Shown in pieces: positions 55,373 through 64,000 of a DNA stretch of 64,000 bases; position 1 is the first letter of the stretch; each line of letters opens with the position of its first letter. Origin of the DNA: a virus (Duplodnaviria; Heunggongvirae; Uroviricota; Caudoviricetes). The stretch lies in IMG/VR virus record IMGVR_UViG_3300001687_000010. One strand, written 5' to 3'. Made by a program: the position numbers and the translations under genes. The notes beneath the pieces were generated by a model, which saw only the letters and a program-made list of their open reading frames with translations, was not told the DNA's origin and did not search any database.

Positions 55373-56007
55373 TGATACGGAGAAATAGACAAACCACAAC
55401 TCCGTTTTTGGATTTACTTTTTAACTGCTTAGTCGGTTTCGTGTTTCTATTTGTGGTGGCGTTTTTAATGATAGCACCTGAGAAAAAAGAAGCCGGAATA
55501 AAAACTAAAGCGGAATTCGTTATAACATTAACATGGGATAAAGCAAATCCCGATGATGTTGATTTATGGCTAAAGAATCCTCTTGGTCAGATTATGTTTT
55601 TTAGGCGTAAAGAGGTTAATTTTATGCATTTAGATAGGGATGATGTGGGACATGCAAATGATAATGTCTATGCAAATGGAATACTTATTGAATATCCATA
55701 TAATCAAGAAATAGGAACAATTAGAGGAGCGATACCCGGTGAATGGATAGTAAACGTCCATATGTATGCTAAACGTTCTTCAACTCCTGCAAATGTTACA
55801 GTACGGATAGATAAAATTAATCCAAAAGTAACAACTATATTTTTAGAAACTTTTAAATTAACTGAATTTGAAGAAGTTACCGTCCTTCGTTTTAGAATGA
55901 CTACCGATGGAAGTATACTTTTGACAAGCAAAGAACCATATGAAATGGTAAAAGAAGAATTACAACATACAGGCGGAAATTTATCAACGGGATATATTAG
56001 GAGATAA
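55372..56007 (+). CDS. ExbD/TolR/MotB-like partner with soluble C-terminal domain
   Basis: single TM TPFLDLLFN (conserved Asp); DVDLWL..HLDRDD domain. Confidence 0.65.
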   Translation: MIRRNRQTTTPFLDLLFNCLVGFVFLFVVAFLMIAPEKKEAGIKTKAEFVITLTWDKANPDDVDLWLKNPLGQIMFFRRKEVNFMHLDRDDVGHANDNVYANGILIEYPYNQEIGTIRGAIPGEWIVNVHMYAKRSSTPANVTVRIDKINPKVTTIFLETFKLTEFEEVTVLRFRMTTDGSILLTSKEPYEMVKEELQHTGGNLSTGYIRR

Positions 56008-56009
56008 TT

Positions 56010-56573
56010 ATGTGGGAAGGAACAACAGGACTGGCCGCTACTTTTGTGGTTTTGGCCAGTGTATTGTTATGGATTTTTATTAAACCCGACACTAAAGGAT
56101 GGATTAAGGCAATCGTTATTCCGTTTGTAATTTGGTTTGGTTTTGCAGCGTGGTATACACCTCAAAATCTAATGGGATGGGCTAAAATCACTACATTAGA
56201 AGAAGTGCCGGGGAATTCGATAGTTCAGAATATTATGATAATTGAACCAAATAATAATGATAAAGGGGCTATGTATTTTTGGTTAATACCTTTAGAGAAA
56301 GAGCCGGATTCTTTGTTTTGGAATCCAAAATATGCGTTTGTATATAATTCAAAGCCCGGAGAACCTCGAGTTTATAAAACACCATATGATAAGGAACTTC
56401 ATAAAAAATTATTAGAAGCCCAAAAGGAAAAGGGTAAAAACAGGGGAAGCGTATTAATTTTTAAAGGTCTTTTGAAGGGCGAAAAGGGTAAAATGAAAGG
56501 AGAAGAAGGTCCGATGAATCGGGAGAAACAACCATTTAAAATATTAAAACCGCAGGATATTTTTATAAAATAG
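56010..56573 (+). CDS. membrane protein, third gene of ExbB/ExbD-like cassette
   Basis: two N-terminal TM segments; EPRVYK.PY..ELHK. Confidence 0.6.
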   Translation: MWEGTTGLAATFVVLASVLLWIFIKPDTKGWIKAIVIPFVIWFGFAAWYTPQNLMGWAKITTLEEVPGNSIVQNIMIIEPNNNDKGAMYFWLIPLEKEPDSLFWNPKYAFVYNSKPGEPRVYKTPYDKELHKKLLEAQKEKGKNRGSVLIFKGLLKGEKGKMKGEEGPMNREKQPFKILKPQDIFIK

Positions 56574-56602
56574 TTTACAATTGCGGTTATTTGTGGTATA
56601 AT
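56573..56602 (+). promoter_or_regulatory. T4-early-like promoter
   Basis: GTTTACA-17-TATAAT with TGTGG extension. Confidence 0.75.
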
Positions 56603-56629
56603 GTATGTTTATGGGAGTAAGTTGTAAGA

Positions 56630-57601
56630 TTGAGACTTTTGTTTGTTGCCGATAGTCATCTTGGCATTTATAAATCTAATGATTTTTATCATAACGTGGT
56701 ATACAACCTCTTTAGTGAGATTAGGGATGTTTGTATAACTCGTAATATTGATACAATACTGCATTTTGGGGACTTTTTTGATGAGCGTAAAGCCTTAAAT
56801 ACTAAGACCCAAAATGTAGCTCACCGAATAGCCTCAATTCTTGAGGGACTTACCACCTTCATTCTGGTGGGGAATCACGATATTTATTATAGGGATAAGT
56901 TAGACCCGACTGCACTTGAGCTGTTTAAAAACTATGACCATATAAACATAGTAGATAAGCAGTTTAAGTTAGGCGATATTGTACTCGTTCCGTGGGGTGT
57001 TTTGCCCGATTCAGGATCCGGGTACTGCGCCGGTCATTTTGATATTATGGGGTTTAAAATGAATAATTATTATACCTCAACAAAGGGTATAGACCCCAAA
57101 ATATTAGGCCGGTTTAAGCACGTTTATAGCGGTCATTTTCATATTCCCAATTCACATAGCAATGTGACGTATTTAGGTTCCCCATATGCTCATACGTTTA
57201 ATGACGTAGATAGCAGAAGGGGTTATTATATCTGGGAGGATGGCGAACTGGAGTTTATAGAGTTTGAATTTGCGCCGAAGTTTAAAATAATTCATACTTC
57301 AACTATAAATAAAGAAGAGGTACAGGGCAATCACGTTAAACTGGTTTTTGATGAAGATTATGGGAGTGTTAAAAATCAGCAAATTATAGACGAGATAATA
57401 CAACTCAAACCTTATAAACTCCGGCCAGACTTTTCGGGTGTTAAAATTGAGGGTACAGATGAGAGGTTAGAAGAGTCGGAGGCAAGCCTGTTAGACCATC
57501 CGAAAATAATTGAGGAGTATATTAACAAAACAGAGTTTCCACCGGCTATAAATAAGAGTACGTTGTTAGGCATGATTACTAAACTTAGGGAGGAAGAATG
57601 A
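56630..57601 (+). CDS. gp47/Mre11/SbcD-like recombination nuclease
   Basis: DSHLG, GDFFD, GNHD, GHF, SGHFH, YLGSP. Confidence 0.9.
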   Translation: MRLLFVADSHLGIYKSNDFYHNVVYNLFSEIRDVCITRNIDTILHFGDFFDERKALNTKTQNVAHRIASILEGLTTFILVGNHDIYYRDKLDPTALELFKNYDHINIVDKQFKLGDIVLVPWGVLPDSGSGYCAGHFDIMGFKMNNYYTSTKGIDPKILGRFKHVYSGHFHIPNSHSNVTYLGSPYAHTFNDVDSRRGYYIWEDGELEFIEFEFAPKFKIIHTSTINKEEVQGNHVKLVFDEDYGSVKNQQIIDEIIQLKPYKLRPDFSGVKIEGTDERLEESEASLLDHPKIIEEYINKTEFPPAINKSTLLGMITKLREEE

Positions 57602-57987
57602 ATACAGATTATACAGACGGAGATAATGGCAATGGTTGGGTTTATTACGATAACACTGCCGGAATAAAACCTTTTAATAATTGGGATGATATTATACAGG
57701 ATAAAAACCAAAACATTTATTATGATAATAACAGCAATAACTGGTCATTTACCGTCAGTGATAGCACGACTCAGGAAAAATTACGGCTTTTACAGGAGTT
57801 CTGTGTAAACATATATAAAATGTTTGATAAAATGATGATTAAAGAAGCCCATAAGCCCGTTAGGGAAATGGAAAGAATAATAAAAGAGTTAAAGAAGCTT
57901 GATGAGCCAGTATGGGTAGACGCAAGCAAGTTTAACAATATAAAGGTGGATTTGGATAATCTGCCAGAGGAGTTATTTGAAATATGA
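57598..57987 (+). CDS. hypothetical protein ending LPEELFEI
   Basis: ATGA overlaps at both ends. Confidence 0.6.
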   Translation: MNTDYTDGDNGNGWVYYDNTAGIKPFNNWDDIIQDKNQNIYYDNNSNNWSFTVSDSTTQEKLRLLQEFCVNIYKMFDKMMIKEAHKPVREMERIIKELKKLDEPVWVDASKFNNIKVDLDNLPEELFEI

Positions 57988-58214
57988 ATATGCAACAAAT
58001 GCAACCACAACCGTTGACTCCAGAGGAGCAACAAAAATTAAAGGAGTGCCAGACTCGTATTGACGCACTATTGTTAGAGTATAATTGCGTACTTAGACCG
58101 ATTATTACGCTATCAGATACAGGCGTTATTCAATCGGCAATTACCGTCACTGTTAGACGTGGAGGCGTACAGGAATTAAATATCCCGACACCGGAACCGG
58201 ATATACCCGAATAA
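57984..58214 (+). CDS. hypothetical protein
   Basis: ATGA coupling. Confidence 0.55.
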   Translation: MNMQQMQPQPLTPEEQQKLKECQTRIDALLLEYNCVLRPIITLSDTGVIQSAITVTVRRGGVQELNIPTPEPDIPE

Positions 58215-58217
58215 TAA

Positions 58218-60134
58218 ATGCTTTTAAAGTTAGAAAATGTTAAATTTAAGAACTTTCTATCATTTGGTAGTCGGTTACAAGATGTGCCGCTTAATACAGG
58301 CGTTAATATCGTATTAGGCAAAGACTCAGCAACAGGCAGGTCTAATGGTAGTGGCAAAAGTTCATTCCTTGAGACTATTCCGTATGCTTTGTTTGGACAG
58401 ACGCATAAGGATATTAAAAAGGCGCAGTTAATAAACTGGCGCAGTCGGAAGAACTGCGAAGTTGTTTTGTCGTTTAAAAAAGGCGATGATTATTACGAGG
58501 TATTACGGGCGATAAAGCCTGATAAGTTTGAGGTATACGAAAACGGAAGCCTTATTGATTTTACGGGCGTTAAGGATTATCAGCAGACCCTTGAGGATAT
58601 CATAGGGCTTAATTTTAATACCTTTTGCTCGTTAATTCATTCTAATATAAACAGCTCTATCCGTATACTATCTATGAAAAAAGACGTTAAGCGTAAATTC
58701 ATAGAAAATGTATTCGGGTTAGAGCTGTATTCGTTCATAGACGTGCGAGCACGGGATAAGTTAAAAAACACCGAACTTAAAATCCAGAAATTGACGGATG
58801 ATATAGACCGGAACAGTTTATCCATTAAGGAAGCGGTAAGCAGGGCTAATAATTTAGACCAAAAACTAAACCTTATTAAATCTTCAGAAGTGGCGTTAAA
58901 TGATGCTATTATGGAGTTTACAGATTTAGTTAATAATAATCCCGATATAAACGAAAAATGTAAGGAACTTGATAGTAGGTTAGAAGATGCTGTTAAAGTT
59001 ATAATTAGAATGCGGGAAATATCAAATAATGTAGATAACCGCATAAGAATGGTAAATAGGTGGATAGTAAAAGGCAATCGGCCTGTCGAAGTTCATTATG
59101 AGGATGAAAAGGAATTTGTTCGTGTTGAGACTATGCTAAAAGCGGAACAGGCTAAACTTAATAATTTAATAGACCATGAGCGTTGTCCGACTTGTGACCA
59201 GACCTTAAAACATGGTAAAAAGGATATTAAGGCCAATATACAGGCGGATATTGAGCGTTTGATGGGTTATTTGAGCGAGATTAACGATAGGCTGGCTGAA
59301 AGTAAAGCAAAAGACGTGCTTAACCGGAAACAAGCGAAATTACGTTATCAGAAAACGGGAGATAAGTTAGATAAATTGAGTAATAGGTTAGCGTCTAAAT
59401 TGACCCGTTTAGAGAATACGCATAGTTTGCTCCGGGAGGAGCGGGATGGATTGGGGGCCATAGATGCCGCTATCGCTTTAAAAAAGGCCAAAATAGAGGA
59501 GTTAAAACGACAGACTGCGTTAGAGGAGTCGGCACGGGAAGAGTTTAGGGCTATGATAGCCACAGAGGAGCAGACCGTAAAACGGCTTAGTGCGGAAAAC
59601 AGGGAATTGGATAAGAAAGCTAAGACCCTGAGTGTTGTAAAAGATTATTTAGTGGTTATTCGGGATATTTGTAAGGATGAGAATATTAAGCAGTTCGCAA
59701 TTAGCTCGATTATGCCATATTTAAACAAACAGACTAACCATTATTTATCGGAAGTCGGTTATGGCTTTTATACATTAATTGATAGGTGGTTAGATGCGGA
59801 TATAAAAGGCCCCGGTGTTACCGGAGCAACATACGGCAGTTTATCGGGCGGAGAAAGTCGGGGCATAGACCTTGCCCTGCAGTTTGCCTTATTAGATATT
59901 GCCCGTATACAAGCCGGTATATGGCCGGATATCGTTATTATGGACGAGATACTGGATAGTTCAGTGGACAGTGAGGGTATAGCGAAGTTAACAAGTATTA
60001 TAAGGTCAAAACAGCACGAAGACCAGAGTAAAATGTTTATAATATCCCATAGGGATGAGATTGACGATTTTTCAGTAGACAATACCTATTATGTTAGCAA
60101 AATGGATGGGTATTCAAATGTAGAGGTACAATAA
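58218..60134 (+). CDS. gp46/Rad50/SbcC-like recombination ATPase
   Basis: KNFLSFG, NGSGKS Walker A, CPTC hook, LSGGE, IMDEILD, ISH. Confidence 0.92.
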   Translation: MLLKLENVKFKNFLSFGSRLQDVPLNTGVNIVLGKDSATGRSNGSGKSSFLETIPYALFGQTHKDIKKAQLINWRSRKNCEVVLSFKKGDDYYEVLRAIKPDKFEVYENGSLIDFTGVKDYQQTLEDIIGLNFNTFCSLIHSNINSSIRILSMKKDVKRKFIENVFGLELYSFIDVRARDKLKNTELKIQKLTDDIDRNSLSIKEAVSRANNLDQKLNLIKSSEVALNDAIMEFTDLVNNNPDINEKCKELDSRLEDAVKVIIRMREISNNVDNRIRMVNRWIVKGNRPVEVHYEDEKEFVRVETMLKAEQAKLNNLIDHERCPTCDQTLKHGKKDIKANIQADIERLMGYLSEINDRLAESKAKDVLNRKQAKLRYQKTGDKLDKLSNRLASKLTRLENTHSLLREERDGLGAIDAAIALKKAKIEELKRQTALEESAREEFRAMIATEEQTVKRLSAENRELDKKAKTLSVVKDYLVVIRDICKDENIKQFAISSIMPYLNKQTNHYLSEVGYGFYTLIDRWLDADIKGPGVTGATYGSLSGGESRGIDLALQFALLDIARIQAGIWPDIVIMDEILDSSVDSEGIAKLTSIIRSKQHEDQSKMFIISHRDEIDDFSVDNTYYVSKMDGYSNVEVQ

Positions 60135-60307
60135 TGGCAACTTATTATCATAATGGTGGAACGAGTACATCATATAATTCAAATGATGCGAGTTCTCGAT
60201 ATTATTATAAAGTGGATTATGTTAAATTTCTTGATAATTGGCAGGAAGCAATGGAAGAGGATGATAGGAAAAAAGAGTGGCTTCCAGAAGAGCTGTTTGA
60301 GATATGA
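60134..60307 (+). CDS. 57-aa protein not in ORF track, ending WLPEELFEI
   Basis: translated by hand MATYYHNGG...KEWLPEELFEI; TAATG and ATGA overlaps with both neighbours. Confidence 0.65.
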   Translation: MATYYHNGGTSTSYNSNDASSRYYYKVDYVKFLDNWQEAMEEDDRKKEWLPEELFEI

Positions 60308-60552
60308 AATTTGTGTATCCTAAATCATTTAACGAAGCAATGCGGTATTATAGTAATCTTGACCATTGTTCGTGCCGACCGGGTGGAAAGGGATGTCATA
60401 TTTGTAACCCACAAGAATGGGTACATACGAAGATAAATGAAGGCAATACATATGAGTTTGATATGTGGCAATATAGACCTATAAATCCACCAGAGGGTTA
60501 TGAAAAACATTTATCAAAAGAAATATTACCGGAGGAATGGTTTGAAATATGA
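60304..60552 (+). CDS. small Cys-containing protein ending LPEEWFEI
   Basis: CSC..CHIC; coupled overlaps. Confidence 0.6.
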   Translation: MKFVYPKSFNEAMRYYSNLDHCSCRPGGKGCHICNPQEWVHTKINEGNTYEFDMWQYRPINPPEGYEKHLSKEILPEEWFEI

Positions 60553-61625
60553 GTGAATTATTTGAAAAATTAAAACAAAGCATAAGTAAGAATGTCGCCG
60601 GAGTACACGCCGCAGTATTGGCAGAATCCGATATAGCGACAGCTCGTTATTGGGTTAAAACACCTGCGTTAGACCTTAACCGGATTCTCTCAGGAAGCCT
60701 TAATTTGGGTATCCAGAGTCGGAATTTAGTCGGCATAGTTGGCCCGGAGCATAGTATGAAGTCATCTTTTATGATTTTGTGTATGGTGGAAGCTCAAAAA
60801 CAGGGTAAGGACGTGGTTATTATAGATACCGAAGGTGGTATTACTAAAGAATTTTGTGAGCGTTGGGGTTTAGATACGAATAAGGTATTTTATACCTATA
60901 CGCCTTTTGTGGATGAGGTTAAATCCATTTTAGGACAGATTAGAGAATCGGGTGAAAAAGATATGGTTATAGGGCTTGATTCAGCCGGTGGATTGGAACG
61001 CAAAAAGCAATTTACGGATGCCGCAAAGGGTGAATTAAAATCCGACCAAGGCCTGCTACAAAAAGATATTAGGGGGATGCTTAAACTATTTCTTAATATT
61101 TGCGTGGCGCAAAATTCAATAGGTATTGTATGTGGTCATTTATACGGCAAACCCAGTCAGGGTGTACCAATGCCCGACCAGATAGGCGGAGGAAAGGCCA
61201 TGAAGCTGTTCCCATCTATTTTAATACAGCTTTATAAACAGACCCTTTATGAATTTCCTAATAAGAAAGGTAAAGAAAGGGGCAATGTGATAGGCAGTGA
61301 GATTACAGCTACTACTATTAAAAATCGCTATTATCCTCCTTTTCAGACGGCTACGGTTAAGTTAAATTACATTGAGGGTATCCAGACTCACGCAGGAATT
61401 TTAGACCTCGGGATTAAGGCCGGAATTATAGAGAAGAAAGGTTCGTGGTATAGTTATGGTGATAATCGATTAGGTCAAGGTGAGGTTAATGCGGAAATGG
61501 CTATTATGGAGTTCGATAGTATTTTAACCGATTTAGATTCATGGTTAATGGATACTGGATATAGTACGGTTAACCAACAAGTTAAGGAAGCGGTAGAATT
61601 ATTAGACGAGGAAGAAAGTGGTTAA
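60549..61625 (+). CDS. uvsX: UvsX/RecA recombinase
   Basis: LNRILSG, GPEHSMKS, IDTEG, GLDS, GGGKAMK, IKNR..PPF, KKGSWYSY..LGQG. Confidence 0.88.
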   Translation: MSELFEKLKQSISKNVAGVHAAVLAESDIATARYWVKTPALDLNRILSGSLNLGIQSRNLVGIVGPEHSMKSSFMILCMVEAQKQGKDVVIIDTEGGITKEFCERWGLDTNKVFYTYTPFVDEVKSILGQIRESGEKDMVIGLDSAGGLERKKQFTDAAKGELKSDQGLLQKDIRGMLKLFLNICVAQNSIGIVCGHLYGKPSQGVPMPDQIGGGKAMKLFPSILIQLYKQTLYEFPNKKGKERGNVIGSEITATTIKNRYYPPFQTATVKLNYIEGIQTHAGILDLGIKAGIIEKKGSWYSYGDNRLGQGEVNAEMAIMEFDSILTDLDSWLMDTGYSTVNQQVKEAVELLDEEESG

Positions 61626-61812
61626 AAAAGCGTATCCTCATACAGGTCTTTTAAAGCGTTTGAATAAATACTATGATAAAATAGCATGGTTCGCAAAACA
61701 TAGTGAAAAAGGAACGAGACCTGAACTTGAGGAAGCGATGGAACTTATTGAATCGGAAATAAAAAGGATAGAAGCGGAAAAGGAAGCAAAAATAGACGAG
61801 GTATTTAAGTGA
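61618..61812 (+). CDS. hypothetical protein
   Basis: overlaps both neighbours. Confidence 0.5.
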   Translation: MVKKAYPHTGLLKRLNKYYDKIAWFAKHSEKGTRPELEEAMELIESEIKRIEAEKEAKIDEVFK

Positions 61813-62846
61813 AAATAATTATTACAGGCGGAGCTGGTTTTATTGGTCATCATATAGTAGAGCATTTTCTTAAAACAACCGATTGGGATATTGTTAGTTT
61901 TGATAAGCTAACATATGCCTCAAACGGTTTTGACCGTATACGGGATATTAATGCCTATGATAATAAAAGGGTGACTATGTTTACGGGGGATATAACGACC
62001 CCAATAACACCGGGAGTGGCCAAAGAGGTGGAAGATGCGGAATATATCCTCCATTTAGCTGCAGAGACGCATGTGGATAGGTCTATAAGCGACCCTGAGC
62101 CATTTGTGCGCTCGAATGTGATAGGTACTATGTATATGCTTGATTTTGCTAAGACCCTTAAAAACCTTAAAGCGTTTTGCCTGTTCAGTACGGATGAGGT
62201 ATTCGGGCCCGCATTAATGTTAGATACGGTTGTTCCTAAAGTACCACGTTATCCAGAGGGTTATAAATTACAATTAAAAAAGACATATAGGGAGTGGGAT
62301 AGGTATAATTCCACAAATCCATATTCGGCTACAAAAGCGGCCGCTGAACAGTTGACCCTTGCGTATATGAATACATACGGGTTGCCGGGATTTATTGTAC
62401 ATTGTATGAACGTATTTGGGGAACGCCAACATCCTGAAAAGTTTATTCCGTTATGTATACGAAAAATAAGAGATGAAGAAGAGATTACAATACACGGCTC
62501 ACCGGATGGTAAGACTTCGGGAGCACGGTTTTATATACACGCCAGAAATGTTGCGAATGCCGTACACTGGCTGTTGGAGAGGTTTGAACAAAGAGAAATA
62601 TATAATATAGTTGGGGAAAAGGAATTAACAAATTTAGAGGTAGCACAGACAATATCAAAAATTATAGGTAAAAAATTAAAGTATAAAATAACAGATTTTC
62701 ATAGTAGCAGACCGGGACACGACCTTCGTTACGCATTAGACGGCACTAAGTTAAAAAATATGGGTTGGGAGATACCTATGAGTGTTGAGAACTCCATTAA
62801 AAGCACAGTTAAATGGATGTTAAAACACGAGGAGTGGTTAAAATGA
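61809..62846 (+). CDS. rmlB: dTDP-glucose 4,6-dehydratase
   Basis: TGGAGFIG, DKLTYA, HLAAETHVDRSI, STDEVFG, PYSATK, QHPEKFIP, RPGHDLRYALD. Confidence 0.92.
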   Translation: MKIIITGGAGFIGHHIVEHFLKTTDWDIVSFDKLTYASNGFDRIRDINAYDNKRVTMFTGDITTPITPGVAKEVEDAEYILHLAAETHVDRSISDPEPFVRSNVIGTMYMLDFAKTLKNLKAFCLFSTDEVFGPALMLDTVVPKVPRYPEGYKLQLKKTYREWDRYNSTNPYSATKAAAEQLTLAYMNTYGLPGFIVHCMNVFGERQHPEKFIPLCIRKIRDEEEITIHGSPDGKTSGARFYIHARNVANAVHWLLERFEQREIYNIVGEKELTNLEVAQTISKIIGKKLKYKITDFHSSRPGHDLRYALDGTKLKNMGWEIPMSVENSIKSTVKWMLKHEEWLK

Positions 62847-63085
62847 CAAAGCGATGTATTGAAGGCTGTGAATTTTTAAAACTGAAAAAGGATGGATTAA
62901 ACCGGATGTGGTGCGACTTATATGAGCAAATACTCGCATGGGGTTGGGCGTATATACCGGGAGATTATACAGAAAACGCAAAAAATAAAGCAATTCTTGT
63001 AAATAGATGTGACGAATGTATAGAAGAAGATAGAATATATAGCATATTAAAGGATTTAGAGAATGAAACAGAAAAATTGGATTAG
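62813..63085 (+). CDS. small Cys-rich protein (start probably 62843)
   Basis: C...C..C..CDEC; GAGGAG SD before MTKR. Confidence 0.5.
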   Translation: MDVKTRGVVKMTKRCIEGCEFLKLKKDGLNRMWCDLYEQILAWGWAYIPGDYTENAKNKAILVNRCDECIEEDRIYSILKDLENETEKLD

Positions 63086-63308
63086 CATATTACGATTAGA
63101 AGATAAGGATGATTTTAGCGTAAAACTGAAAAAGGGAGACGTGTTTTTATATGGGACACGGATGACCGAGCAACAGCAGACTAAAAAAGTGGGAGACGAT
63201 ATAACCTATTTTACGGTTATACAGAAAAAGGATAAAAGCGTTGAATACGCACAAGTATTTGACGTATTAGAGAAGGATAGTAAGGAGGAAAAAGATGGCA
63301 CAACCTAA
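63063..63308 (+). CDS. hypothetical protein
   Basis: overlapping operon gene. Confidence 0.5.
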   Translation: MKQKNWISILRLEDKDDFSVKLKKGDVFLYGTRMTEQQQTKKVGDDITYFTVIQKKDKSVEYAQVFDVLEKDSKEEKDGTT

Positions 63309-63543
63309 ACCAATTCACGTTTTTAGGTTTGATTATGACCTAAACGGAAACCAATGGACTGCTTATATTGCGGCCTATGGCCAAGAGGATGCACAACAGT
63401 ATTTAAGTGATACTGTTGGTCATGTATCTATTAATTCAATCGGACAGGAATGTCCGCTTCACGCAGTTTCTAATAAGGTTAGGGCCTCTATTGCGGAGAC
63501 CTCAAAGAGGAAACCCGGTAGACCGCCCAAAGAGCCTCAATAA
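63295..63543 (+). CDS. hypothetical protein with C-terminal AT-hook-like RKPGRPPK
   Basis: AGGAGG SD. Confidence 0.55.
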   Translation: MAQPKPIHVFRFDYDLNGNQWTAYIAAYGQEDAQQYLSDTVGHVSINSIGQECPLHAVSNKVRASIAETSKRKPGRPPKEPQ

Positions 63544-64000
63544 TGATGTTAGGTGTTTTAAACATCCGACCCGATTTAAAAGCCAAACTATCTCAGTATT
63601 TTGAGGTAGCCGAAAGCGGTAAAACAGACGGGCTTTTTATAGATTGGGTTCCTAAAAGCAGTGACGATTTTACAAAGCAAGCTGTAATGGTTGAAGAGTA
63701 CGTTAAAAAGGGTATACCGACTGTTTTATATGATAGGTATTTAACCATAACGACTCAGGAATATATGTGGCTTAGAAAATTTAATGTTACGTTTTTTGAG
63801 CCGGTTATAAACCATCGAGCAGGCTTTGAATTTTTGCCTCAGTGGACGGAACCTTATAAATGGAAGCATACCGAAGAAACTCGTGAGATAGATTTGGCTT
63901 TTAATGGGGTTATAAAGGACAAGATAGCGTCCTTTGAAAAGTATTATGGTACATACGCAAGCCTTTTCCCCGACAAACGGGTTATATACGAGTCATCACC
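63543..64000 (+). CDS. partial ORF running off the window, possibly CgeB-like glycosyltransferase
   Basis: TAATG coupling; open frame MMLGVLNIRP...GIPTVLYDRY...EIDLAFNG. Confidence 0.5.
   Translation, partial: MMLGVLNIRPDLKAKLSQYFEVAESGKTDGLFIDWVPKSSDDFTKQAVMVEEYVKKGIPTVLYDRYLTITTQEYMWLRKFNVTFFEPVINHRAGFEFLPQWTEPYKWKHTEETREIDLAFNGVIKDKIASFEKYYGTYASLFPDKRVIYESS

Noticed and set aside
1378-61865. Numerous minus-strand ORFs of 60-146 aa in the track
   Set aside because: They overlap well-supported + strand genes, lack recognisable motifs and read like antisense shadows.
1-64000. Stop-codon reassignment
   Set aside because: Long genes are intact under the standard code, and TAA, TAG and TGA all terminate genes at sensible positions.

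Overview
A 64-kb segment of a large, AT-rich, T4-like (myovirus-type) phage genome. Essentially all real genes are on the + strand; the minus-strand ORFs in the track look like shadows. (1) 0.6-10.6 kb: nucleotide/NAD metabolism and replication genes (ThyA-like, class II B12-dependent RNR, NadE, gp61-like primase) among small Cys-rich proteins and small proteins with a capsid-targeting-like N-terminus. (2) 11-28 kb: a roughly 17-kb sugar-modification island with UDP-sulfoquinovose synthase, about 9 glycosyltransferases, 3 sulfotransferase-like genes, 2 methyltransferases, a radical SAM enzyme, a UDP-sugar dehydrogenase and an epimerase. RmlB, an acyltransferase and other GT-like genes lie elsewhere. 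(3) 28.4-34.8 kb: an early region whose promoters nest a sigma70 -35 element inside a near-perfect sigma28/FliA consensus. (4) 35-53.9 kb: baseplate/tail module (gp53, hub, gp5, PAAR, gp25, gp6, a 2483-aa wedge/adhesin, duplicated and triplicated tail proteins, a stand-alone S74 chaperone). (5) 54-64 kb: gp55 late sigma factor, an ExbB/ExbD(MotA/MotB)-like three-gene membrane cassette, gp47/gp46, UvsX/RecA, RmlB. Several structured intergenic RNA candidates, recurrent terminal peptide motifs and apparent strong GATC avoidance were also seen. All calls come from reading motifs by eye; no searches were run.
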